IMG/VR virus record: IMGVR_UViG_3300027861_000005
DNA length: 48,453 nucleotides
Direction: 5' to 3' (one strand)
DNA from: a virus
Of this stretch, positions 10,284 through 17,002 are shown in pieces (position 1 is the first letter of the stretch; every line of letters begins with the position of its first letter). The position numbers and the translations under genes are program-made. Below the pieces are notes generated by a model that was not told the origin of the DNA, did no database searches, and saw only the letters and a list, made by a program, of their open reading frames with translations.

Positions 10284-10773
10284 CTTTGCAATTCGTGCGG
10301 GTTCGAGTTCGAGTTCGAGTTATGTTGCTACGGGTAGTGTAACTAACTGGCGACGAATGGGAATTGGAAATCTCGGTTACCTTGTTCGGGCAAGTCGGAT
10401 CAGTGCAATTGGGATTGCTACACGCCCTCAGTTTACCGTTGACGTATCTCGGTGTTCCAAGCTTCGTAGTTTTCGCCTTCACTACTTTAGCAGCCTCCGC
10501 AGATTTCGGATCGCATCCACATCCGAGTTCCGCACATTTCCCTTCCAACAACGCAACTCTTCGTTTAAGTTGTACGATGCTTGCTGCATTGCTTTCGATT
10601 GTTTGCCTATTCAACTCAACAGTTTCTTCCAGTGTGGGTATTGTTGTAACACCCAAACCCGAGTCCGCAGGATCTTCCGGGGATTTAGCAGGTGGAAGTT
10701 CGTCTTCAACAGCGTAAGCGATTGATGTAGTCGCTAACACTAAAGCAAACATAACTGCAAAAAACTTCATCAC
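10255..10773 (-). CDS. Secreted coiled-coil, Cys-rich protein
   Basis: Signal peptide MMKFFAVMFALVLATTSIAYA, then a coiled-coil segment and a Cys-rich C-terminus containing TRTRTRTRT. Confidence 0.7.
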   Translation of the reverse strand: MMKFFAVMFALVLATTSIAYAVEDELPPAKSPEDPADSGLGVTTIPTLEETVELNRQTIESNAASIVQLKRRVALLEGKCAELGCGCDPKSAEAAKVVKAKTTKLGTPRYVNGKLRACSNPNCTDPTCPNKVTEISNSHSSPVSYTTRSNITRTRTRTRTNCKDGVCRIYKY

Positions 10774-11637
10774 TCATTCTCCAATTCTGGTTTTAGATAC
10801 ATCGTTTGGATTAGTCAAAACAGACCTAACCCCGTAAAGACCGTGATAACGCATCGGGCTTGCAATGTGGCTAATAGTAAGAATGGTGTAACCACCATCA
10901 GCAAAATTCTTACCCCATGATTGCGGCGAAAGAATACCCAAATCTTCAACACCTTTTGGGTTCTGACTCAATTTTACAATGTCATCACCGCAAACAGCAT
11001 GATTGCCTCTTCCTTTGTCAAAGCCAGCTATTCGACCGGATCTCATGTAAGAGCTACCGACGTGGACAGCTAAGCCGACGACTCCCCGACCCGCAAGACA
11101 AGATAGAAGTGCCTGCCAACAAGTTTCGGGGTTATCTTTGGGCATTTGGTAGCATTCCCCCGCCCGTTGGTTCGCAGCGTCTTGAGTGGCGTACCTCAGT
11201 TTCTCCATCTGAATTTTATTTTTCTGGTAAGCGCCGTATGGAATTAAATCCTTTAAGCACAATCCTGTGTCACACATGAACTTCATACCGTCATCAAGCA
11301 TAGATCCTTGATCACGACCACCGTTAATGTGCATGTAAAGAAATTCCGGCGACACGTCAACCCATTTTCCTGTCGCATAGTAATTAGCTCGCATCCACAT
11401 TGCTGCTGCCATGTAAGCATTACAACTAGACCTTTTTCCTTGGTTAATAAGTTTGTCTTGTCCCCATCGCTGGCGAGCAAACACCCGTTTTGGATCATCA
11501 ATAATATCCAAAATTTCGTCCAGCGAACGAACAGCAGTTTCAGGGTAAGGTTTGAACGATACCGGAAAGGTCTCTGGTATTTGCATACCGGTGTAGACCT
11601 TTTCGCCGTTGTATTCAAATTCAAACTCATTCGCCAT
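10774..11637 (-). CDS. Papain-family (MEROPS C1) cysteine peptidase, a candidate lysin
   Basis: The catalytic signature is in papain order and spacing: NQGKRSSCNAYMAA (Gln, five residues, Cys), GNHAV (His) and QSWGKNFADGGY (compare NSWG..WG..GY). No signal peptide. Confidence 0.8.
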   Translation of the reverse strand: MANEFEFEYNGEKVYTGMQIPETFPVSFKPYPETAVRSLDEILDIIDDPKRVFARQRWGQDKLINQGKRSSCNAYMAAAMWMRANYYATGKWVDVSPEFLYMHINGGRDQGSMLDDGMKFMCDTGLCLKDLIPYGAYQKNKIQMEKLRYATQDAANQRAGECYQMPKDNPETCWQALLSCLAGRGVVGLAVHVGSSYMRSGRIAGFDKGRGNHAVCGDDIVKLSQNPKGVEDLGILSPQSWGKNFADGGYTILTISHIASPMRYHGLYGVRSVLTNPNDVSKTRIGE

Positions 11638-11638
11638 C

Positions 11639-12166
11639 TTACTTACCTTTAGACAAAATCATTTCTTTGATCTTATCAGTTGTCACCGATTCATCAAACG
11701 GAATTACAAACAACATTTTGCTATCCTTTCCGTACATGATGAAAGGGGGTTCCACGTTGTGTTTTTTAGCGGCAATGATGAATGATTCAACTTGTTCTGG
11801 GTTTGAACTAGGATCAAAACTGAAATACCGAATTTTCTTCTCTTCAAACCAATTCAACCAAAACGAATCGTCATTCAAAACCTTAATCATAGAAGGTGTT
11901 TGCAAATAAGCTTCCGTCTCATATACCCTAATGACGTAAGAATCGGCTAAATCAACCTTGATAACTTCGTCTTCGGAATCATCCGGCGGAACAACGTCGT
12001 CATCAATATAATCAATAATATCATTATTGTTAGGTTGTTTATTATTAACAACACTAAACAACAATCCTCCCGCAAGCAATACAACTAATACCCACACCCA
12101 AGGTGTGCGTTCGGTTGTTTCGGTGGGAACGACGGGTTCGTTGAACTGGTCATACGGTGATTTCAT
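11639..12166 (-). CDS. Type II (N-terminally anchored) membrane protein
   Basis: A single TM segment WVWVLVVLLAGGLLFSVV followed by an acidic linker and a globular domain. Confidence 0.7.
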   Translation of the reverse strand: MKSPYDQFNEPVVPTETTERTPWVWVLVVLLAGGLLFSVVNNKQPNNNDIIDYIDDDVVPPDDSEDEVIKVDLADSYVIRVYETEAYLQTPSMIKVLNDDSFWLNWFEEKKIRYFSFDPSSNPEQVESFIIAAKKHNVEPPFIMYGKDSKMLFVIPFDESVTTDKIKEMILSKGK

Positions 12167-12630
12167 AAGGTTGGCTCAACCGGTATCTTTCCGTCAGCAT
12201 CTGGATTTGAAATGTAACTACACCCGGCCAATTCCTCACAAAGCATCACAGTCAAATCGGCGTTTTTAGTGCTAATTGAATGAGCGATCAACTTCATCAC
12301 GTCAGAGGTAAATTGATCAGTTGTTGTGGTCTGAGACTTGGTAATAAAAGGACCAAGGATATCAATAATCATCTTTAGCCATTTGGATTTTGCAAAAACA
12401 CCGGAACCGATCAAGGCAGTGAGAAGGGCTAGGCCAACTTCTATAGCCTTCGAGACGATTTCGCTGGTAGTGAAACCCACAGCATCGGGCTTGAGAGTAG
12501 CGTTCAGGACTAGCGAGCCGGCGTCACCAAACATAAAGAAAATCAGCGATATTACAAAGCTGATTGAACCCGCACCAAACTTCAACAAACTCTTTAAATC
12601 ATTCATTGTTTTAATCCGTAACTTCATCAA
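12163..12630 (-). CDS. Membrane protein, holin candidate
   Basis: Two or three hydrophobic helices (ISFVISLIFFMFG, AIEVGLALLTALIGSGVF). The true start may be the ATG at 12606. Confidence 0.55.
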   Translation of the reverse strand: MMKLRIKTMNDLKSLLKFGAGSISFVISLIFFMFGDAGSLVLNATLKPDAVGFTTSEIVSKAIEVGLALLTALIGSGVFAKSKWLKMIIDILGPFITKSQTTTTDQFTSDVMKLIAHSISTKNADLTVMLCEELAGCSYISNPDADGKIPVEPTL

Positions 12631-13051
12631 CCAATGTTTTCAAAATTGCTGCTATGATTGGTGATGCAGGGGTGTATGTTGAAAGAACTGCCAATGCCGC
12701 GCTTGACGCAATTTTACACCCAAGGGGTATTAAAGATTCAAATCGTGTCACCCAAATCGATTTCTTGGCGGCTTCATCTTCAAGAACAATAGTTTCAGCA
12801 GGCGCTGCTTCCAAATCTTGTTCGGCTTCATTCATTGCAAGGGTAATCATATCGGCGGGTTTACCAAACTCGTCCTTGAGTTCAATAGAAGTCTCGTCCG
12901 GCCATTCCTTCCCCTGCATTAAACCAAATAATTCATCGCTTAGAGGTCTCAACTTATCGGCAACTGTAGCGTTGTTGAGTGTATTATGCCCAACTTGCCC
13001 TTGTGTGCCAATTGACCCAGACTGGTTTGTTTGATTGAAGGTATCACCCAT
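12611..13051 (-). CDS. Hypothetical protein with an N-terminal GTQGQVGHN motif and a hydrophobic C-terminus
   Basis: The ATG at 13051 overlaps the stop of the upstream gene (CATGGGTGA). I trimmed the ORF-track start to this ATG. Confidence 0.6.
   Translation of the reverse strand: MGDTFNQTNQSGSIGTQGQVGHNTLNNATVADKLRPLSDELFGLMQGKEWPDETSIELKDEFGKPADMITLAMNEAEQDLEAAPAETIVLEDEAAKKSIWVTRFESLIPLGCKIASSAALAVLSTYTPASPIIAAILKTLVDEVTD
12983..13011. repeat. 29-bp direct repeat, copy 1 (ATTATGCCCAACTTGCCCTTGTGTGCCAA)
   Basis: Identical to 13053-13081. Encodes GTQGQVGHN on the minus strand. Confidence 0.9.
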
Positions 13052-13433
13052 GATTATGCCCAACTTGCCCTTGTGTGCCAACACTTGGACCGGTATTCGT
13101 CTGCACATTTACGGTGTTAGCTGATTTGATAGCCCCTGTCAAGTCTCTTAAAACAGCTTCGACTTGTTGGACACTTCTTTTGTTTTCGCTGTTCCATTCT
13201 TTACGTTCGCTTGCATGTCGATTTTGAAGTTTTTCAGACATTGCCGCGTGATCAGAATGCAACTTTTCTAGGCTTTCTCTAGTCTGTTGACTCAAATGTC
13301 GATATAACTTAATTGAATTAAGTATAAACAAAAACAAAGTGAAAAACAAAAAAATAATTATCCCTGCTTCAAAGTAATGTGGGGGCGATTCTACAACAAC
13401 TTTTACCGGTTGAGTTGTTTCCGCCAACATCAC
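13044..13433 (-). CDS. Membrane-anchored coiled-coil protein ending in GTQGQVGHNHG
   Basis: TM segment GIIIFLFFTLFLFIL followed by a charged helical region. Confidence 0.65.
   Translation of the reverse strand: MMLAETTQPVKVVVESPPHYFEAGIIIFLFFTLFLFILNSIKLYRHLSQQTRESLEKLHSDHAAMSEKLQNRHASERKEWNSENKRSVQQVEAVLRDLTGAIKSANTVNVQTNTGPSVGTQGQVGHNHG
13053..13081. repeat. 29-bp direct repeat, copy 2
   Basis: Identical to 12983-13011. Confidence 0.9.
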
Positions 13434-13451
13434 AGTACCTCGAACAAAGAC

Positions 13452-13784
13452 TTAATTATGTTGAATAATCAAATCTATTGTCTTATTTAAATGACGATTT
13501 GAATAAAGCATTGATACAATCATAATCGTTCGTAGCAAATTTACCGGGTATGGGTCAGAAGGTCGTATCAAAGACGTACTTGCATAGGTAAAATTTGCTA
13601 CGAACGCATCGAAGGTAAAAAGCATCAAAACCAAACAAATAATTATTTGTTGAATTGAAATTAACATCATAGATTTGCTGATTTTGCGATTCGATTTTCT
13701 GAAAAATCTGAGATGTTCGCCCGCGCACAAGCAACAACGCAAACCCAAATAGAACACAAGACATTGAAAAAAAATCAGCAGCAC
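13452..13784 (-). CDS. Possible small membrane protein. The coding frame is uncertain and competes with the overlapping ORF 13555-13791
   Basis: AT-rich stretch with two overlapping hydrophobic ORFs. A T8 run (minus strand, 13769-13776) lies near both candidate starts. Confidence 0.3.
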   Translation of the reverse strand: MLLIFFQCLVFYLGLRCCLCAGEHLRFFRKSNRKISKSMMLISIQQIIICLVLMLFTFDAFVANFTYASTSLIRPSDPYPVNLLRTIMIVSMLYSNRHLNKTIDLIIQHN

Positions 13785-13831
13785 CTGTCATCCTTGGAAA
13801 AACGGCTTAAATTTCAACCGAGTTCTGATTT

Positions 13832-14242
13832 TTAGTCACTATTTGTGTAGTGGTCAAGTTTGAATAGTTGCAAGTTGTTTTTCCTCAGAAAGTCGAGCCA
13901 AAAGGGAAATCGGCACATGATGGAATGAGCGATTACCAGTTCGTCCAGGTGCTTGAACGCTCGAAACATCATACTGTGGCGATTACAGACTCTGGCGGCA
14001 GGCGCCGGCGATCCTTCGAAGAAATACGCTTTGGTCTCTGGACAGCCGCAGAAGACGCACGGACCTGCCGAGAAGGAAAGATACTCAGGCACGCTCATGT
14101 CGCATTCAGCGGCCATTTTTCGAGCGCGTGTGCAGCGATTGCAGGTATGTCTGCGGCGATCTTTCGAAATCTTCGGAAATTTTTCAATTGGAAGTTCAAA
14201 GTTGCATTCAGCGCATCTTCGCCGGTCGGTGATGTTAGGCAT
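13832..14242 (-). CDS. Cys-rich (zinc-finger-like) protein
   Basis: ATG at 14242 with GAGGAAG 7 nt upstream, overlapping the upstream stop. Contains CAEC...CNRC and CVFCGC motifs. Confidence 0.65.
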   Translation of the reverse strand: MPNITDRRRCAECNFELPIEKFPKISKDRRRHTCNRCTRARKMAAECDMSVPEYLSFSAGPCVFCGCPETKAYFFEGSPAPAARVCNRHSMMFRAFKHLDELVIAHSIMCRFPFWLDFLRKNNLQLFKLDHYTNSD

Positions 14243-14558
14243 TCTTGTCTTCCTCGGCGTAGATGGCATCCATCAGTGACAGGTAAAGTAATGTGGGCAC
14301 AGGGGTAATGCGAAACAGGAACACGCTTGTAAAACCAACTTGTATGGACCATTGAAACAGGTAATTGTCCGCGTCTTTCAACCAGTTGGCCTCATTATCT
14401 AAATGGTTAATCAATTCAAGTTCACTCATTTGCAAATTGGCACCATCTTCATGTAGTAACCATTCCACAACTTCATCTGTAAACTCGAAGCAATGACAAG
14501 CAGGCGTAGGCATTTGCACCCACGCTGCGAAGGTTCCTTTAAGATCTCTAAACATCAA
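14235..14558 (-). CDS. Hypothetical protein
   Basis: 107-aa ORF, translationally coupled on both sides. Confidence 0.6.
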   Translation of the reverse strand: MMFRDLKGTFAAWVQMPTPACHCFEFTDEVVEWLLHEDGANLQMSELELINHLDNEANWLKDADNYLFQWSIQVGFTSVFLFRITPVPTLLYLSLMDAIYAEEDKNA

Positions 14559-14827
14559 TTTTCTTCTACCTTTCTTTTTGACAGTCGTAGTTGTTCCTCT
14601 GCGTGATCTATAAGTTGCCGCTCAATCCCTAACAATACTGCGTCACAATCTTCATAATCGACGTTAGCATCGATTAATGTGTTGAATACAACAAGCATGG
14701 AAGTTAACCCAGCGCGAAAAGCAAAGTCAATCGCTTGACTTTGTTCTTTACTAAGTTCTTTATTATTATAAACCTTACTTATGTACTTATTAATCATGTT
14801 TTCAACATTTAGTATTTTATTTGTCAC
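14555..14827 (-). CDS. Hypothetical protein
   Basis: 90-aa ORF with 4-nt overlaps on both sides. Confidence 0.6.
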   Translation of the reverse strand: MTNKILNVENMINKYISKVYNNKELSKEQSQAIDFAFRAGLTSMLVVFNTLIDANVDYEDCDAVLLGIERQLIDHAEEQLRLSKRKVEEN

Positions 14828-15129
14828 TTTGCCTTTATCCTGCCTTCTTTCTTATCGCTATAGTAGTACCTTTGTGAACCTTTCACAATGGCTTCCATGT
14901 GTTCGGGATTAACGCAGTCTAGGGATTTACAGGTACTAACTAATACCTGACTCTCAAGCAATGATTTATTACCAAGATGAGTCCATGCCCAACGTCGAGC
15001 GGACCATGATTTATACTTATAATTGAATATCCCAACCTTTTTTTGTATCGCACCTGTCCAAATCCAGCAACCGGTGTTCAAGTCTTTATTAATGTATTTA
15101 CAGAACCTTATCTTTGGTGATTTAATCAT
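14824..15129 (-). CDS. HNH_3-type nuclease-like protein
   Basis: GCWIWTG near the N-terminus and CKSLDCVNPEHM near the C-terminus, the usual signature of this family. Confidence 0.6.
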   Translation of the reverse strand: MIKSPKIRFCKYINKDLNTGCWIWTGAIQKKVGIFNYKYKSWSARRWAWTHLGNKSLLESQVLVSTCKSLDCVNPEHMEAIVKGSQRYYYSDKKEGRIKAK

Positions 15130-15148
15130 TAAGTAATGGTCTAACAGT

Positions 15149-15355
15149 CTATTTCAAGAAATCAATAAAGTAATGAAAACAATGCCATGCACCTACCAGC
15201 AATAGAATAGCGACGAGCAAAAACTCGCATATTCGATAAATCAGGACAATAAATGCCCACAGTAGTAGGTTTGAGGCGTCATCTAGTCCTGCGGGATCGC
15301 ATTGGTCATATTGGTCTCTCGGGTACTCCCCTGTCGGTGGTTTGTAGGGTTTCAT
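15149..15355 (-). CDS. Small membrane protein
   Basis: The ATG at 15355 overlaps the TGA of the upstream mini-ORF (ATATGA). TM segments LLLWAFIVLIY and FLLVAILLLVGAW. Confidence 0.55.
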   Translation of the reverse strand: MKPYKPPTGEYPRDQYDQCDPAGLDDASNLLLWAFIVLIYRICEFLLVAILLLVGAWHCFHYFIDFLK

Positions 15356-15447
15356 ATAAACAATGCCCAATATAGTGCAAACAAGATAATTATTAAGGCC
15401 ACTGCGGCTTCAATACCTGAAAATCCGTCATTATTATTGTTACTCAT
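15352..15447 (-). CDS. 31-aa single-TM peptide (MSNNNNDGFSGIEAAVALIIILFALYWALFI)
   Basis: Read directly from the sequence and too short for the ORF track. Its stop overlaps the next start. Confidence 0.4.
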   Translation of the reverse strand: MSNNNNDGFSGIEAAVALIIILFALYWALFI

Positions 15448-15489
15448 GTTCGATATGCCAAACAGAGATTAATCGAGTGATAAGTTTAT

Positions 15490-15840
15490 TTATATCCTGC
15501 TTTGGTACTGAGCGTTAAAGTCTCTTTGCCGCTTTAATCGCATCATGTAACGAAATAAAGGTACGAATCGCGGCCAATTGGTTAAGTCAAACGTATTACC
15601 TCCGTGAACCACACCCTTATGGCAAATAAAGCATAAAGTAACGCCGTTATGCAGTAGGTATGCTTGATCTGGAAACTTAGACTTGGGCTTTATGTGATGA
15701 ACCTCAAGCGGACCACCGACACGTCGGCACATTTGACAAGTGCCCGCATCGCGAAGGCGGCACGCCTTTGACCATTTTCGAAGTCGATAGGTGTTGAAGA
15801 TCACCATTGAGCTAAAATCTCGCCCCCGGAACGAGTACAA
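15490..15840 (-). CDS. HNH endonuclease
   Basis: CQMC...EVHHIKPKS...NGVTLCFICH is a canonical HNH motif. The start is uncertain (TTG at 15840 or an internal ATG). Confidence 0.8.
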   Translation of the reverse strand: MYSFRGRDFSSMVIFNTYRLRKWSKACRLRDAGTCQMCRRVGGPLEVHHIKPKSKFPDQAYLLHNGVTLCFICHKGVVHGGNTFDLTNWPRFVPLFRYMMRLKRQRDFNAQYQSRI

Positions 15841-15916
15841 GCGTCAACAAAAACCTTAGTATCGATACTTTCACTCACAAATCTAACAGACCCATCGGCC
15901 CGGCTTATCCTTGGCG

Positions 15917-16123
15917 TTATGCGGAAGACCGTTTTGTGTCCTCACGCTGAATTTTCAACATGGCAATCACTAATTTCATACACTCGGCGGCAATTATTTT
16001 CTCGTGATCTGGCTCGAATGTGCCGCGTTCCGCAATGTCTAATACCACGTCAGCCTGCTGCGCAACCTGTTCACCGTTTTGGTCGACTATTTGCCGCAAC
16101 ATTGCCAACTGTGTGTCATTCAT
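15917..16123 (-). CDS. Hypothetical protein
   Basis: 68-aa ORF with GGAGGGG upstream. Confidence 0.6.
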   Translation of the reverse strand: MNDTQLAMLRQIVDQNGEQVAQQADVVLDIAERGTFEPDHEKIIAAECMKLVIAMLKIQREDTKRSSA

Positions 16124-16152
16124 GGCGATATTACCCCTCCGCCTAATAATTG

Positions 16153-16440
16153 TTATGCCGACAATTTATTAAACTGGGTCATGCAATCATCACAAATCTG
16201 CAAGTACACTCCCGACAGAGAACCACATTTGTGACAATTGGAACCCTGAATTAATTCTTTCACCACATCTGCCGCGTGATTCAATGCCGCACATTGTGTG
16301 CATTTACCACCCATATTCGGGTCACCAAACTCCCCGCAGCACAGGCAGCCTTCGTGGGCGATCTGTTTCCATATCGCTACCAGGCCCGCATAACAAGCGG
16401 ATGAAGCCGAGTCGTCATTGTCTGTTGTTTCTGAATTCAT
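16153..16440 (-). CDS. Cys-rich double zinc-ribbon-like protein
   Basis: ATG at 16440 with GGGAGGAAC upstream. CLCC..CTQC and CHKC..CDDC pairs. Confidence 0.65.
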   Translation of the reverse strand: MNSETTDNDDSASSACYAGLVAIWKQIAHEGCLCCGEFGDPNMGGKCTQCAALNHAADVVKELIQGSNCHKCGSLSGVYLQICDDCMTQFNKLSA

Positions 16441-16506
16441 TGTCTTCAGTTCCTCCCGGCTTATCCTTGTCGGTACCCACACCTAGGGTTGACGGCAGTA
16501 GGGTTG

Positions 16507-16535
16507 AGTTTAGGTGCGTATTTGCTGGGTGTCAA
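16507..16535 (-). promoter_or_regulatory. Sigma70-like promoter, TTGACA-17 nt-TAAACT
   Basis: On the minus strand, TTGACA at 16535-16530, a 17-nt spacer and TAAACT at 16512-16507, about 60 nt upstream of the ATG at 16440. Confidence 0.5.
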
Positions 16536-16558
16536 GCCCGCACTGTGTACTTCTTAGA

Positions 16559-16608
16559 AGAATACCACTATTGGCTACGAGAACTACTAGGTATGTGGGT
16601 GGTATTCT
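16559..16608 (-). other. 10-bp stem with a 30-nt loop in a non-coding gap
   Basis: AGAATACCAC (16559-16568) is the exact reverse complement of GTGGTATTCT (16599-16608). Confidence 0.5.
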
Positions 16609-16649
16609 GAAGAGTACCCGGATTGATTTTCCCCGGATTCTGGATATTT

Positions 16650-16714
16650 GGGGTCCGCCGCGGCGCCGCCGCGCGTCCCCCCCCGCCCCCGCCGTCGTCG
16701 CATCGACGACGCGC
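16650..16714. other. 65-bp GC island (57 of 65 positions G/C) with C8 and C5 runs and a perfect 8-bp hairpin
   Basis: GGGGTCCGCCGCGGCGCCGCCGCGCGTCCCCCCCCGCCCCCGCCGTCGTCGCATCGACGACGCGC. The CGTCGTCG/CGACGACG stem lies at 16693-16711. Confidence 0.9.
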
Positions 16715-16721
16715 ACTGCCA

Positions 16722-16784
16722 TCACAATGACGACACTATGTCGTCACAATGATGACACTGCAACGTAGTCACAATGATAACACT
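16722..16784 (-). repeat. Three 16-bp direct repeats of TCACAATGAYRACACT (minus sense AGTGTYRTCATTGTGA)
   Basis: Copies at 16722-16737, 16744-16759 and 16769-16784, spaced 22 and 25 bp apart, directly downstream of the stop at 16783. Confidence 0.85.
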
Positions 16785-16965
16785 ATTTACTATCTACTGG
16801 AGTCAAGTCTAATGGCTTTCCTGTTGTCAATTCGCACCACGTGTCGCTGCCCTCTGCGCACCACACGCCGTTGACCTTCACCAATCCGTCCGAGTTTGTT
16901 TCGCTTGTGTTACAACCACAACACAACACAACACAACACAACACAACACAATAAATCTTCAGCAT
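16783..16965 (-). CDS. Small lipoprotein-like or secreted protein (60 aa)
   Basis: The ATG at 16965 is preceded by TTGAAAGGTTTGAT, the same box used by early genes. N-terminus MLKIYCVVLCCVVLCCGCNTSE resembles a signal peptide. Confidence 0.65.
   Translation of the reverse strand: MLKIYCVVLCCVVLCCGCNTSETNSDGLVKVNGVWCAEGSDTWCELTTGKPLDLTPVDSK
16917..16951. repeat. Perfect pentanucleotide microsatellite, (CACAA)7 on the plus strand, (TTGTG)7 in coding sense
   Basis: Counted directly. It lies inside the signal-peptide codons CVVLCCVVLCC. Confidence 0.95.
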
Positions 16966-17002
16966 ATCAAACCTTTCAAAGACTGTCTTCAATCCACTCA
17001 AA

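Noticed and set aside
13868-14308. 146-aa and 108-aa plus-strand ORFs
   Set aside because: They are antisense to the coupled minus-strand genes 13832-14242 and 14235-14558, and nothing else in this arm is transcribed rightward.
16650-16714. GC island as attP, or as a tRNA fragment marking a temperate lifestyle
   Set aside because: No integrase, excisionase or CI-like repressor gene was recognised. The sequence shows no tRNA-like arms. A packaging or regulatory role is more consistent with its context.
16510-16768. ORFs 16510-16725 (-) and 16514-16768 (+) across the GC island
   Set aside because: They are open only because GC-rich sequence lacks stop codons. The products are Arg/Ala/Gly/Pro runs, there is no RBS, and the region carries repeats, hairpins and a promoter instead.
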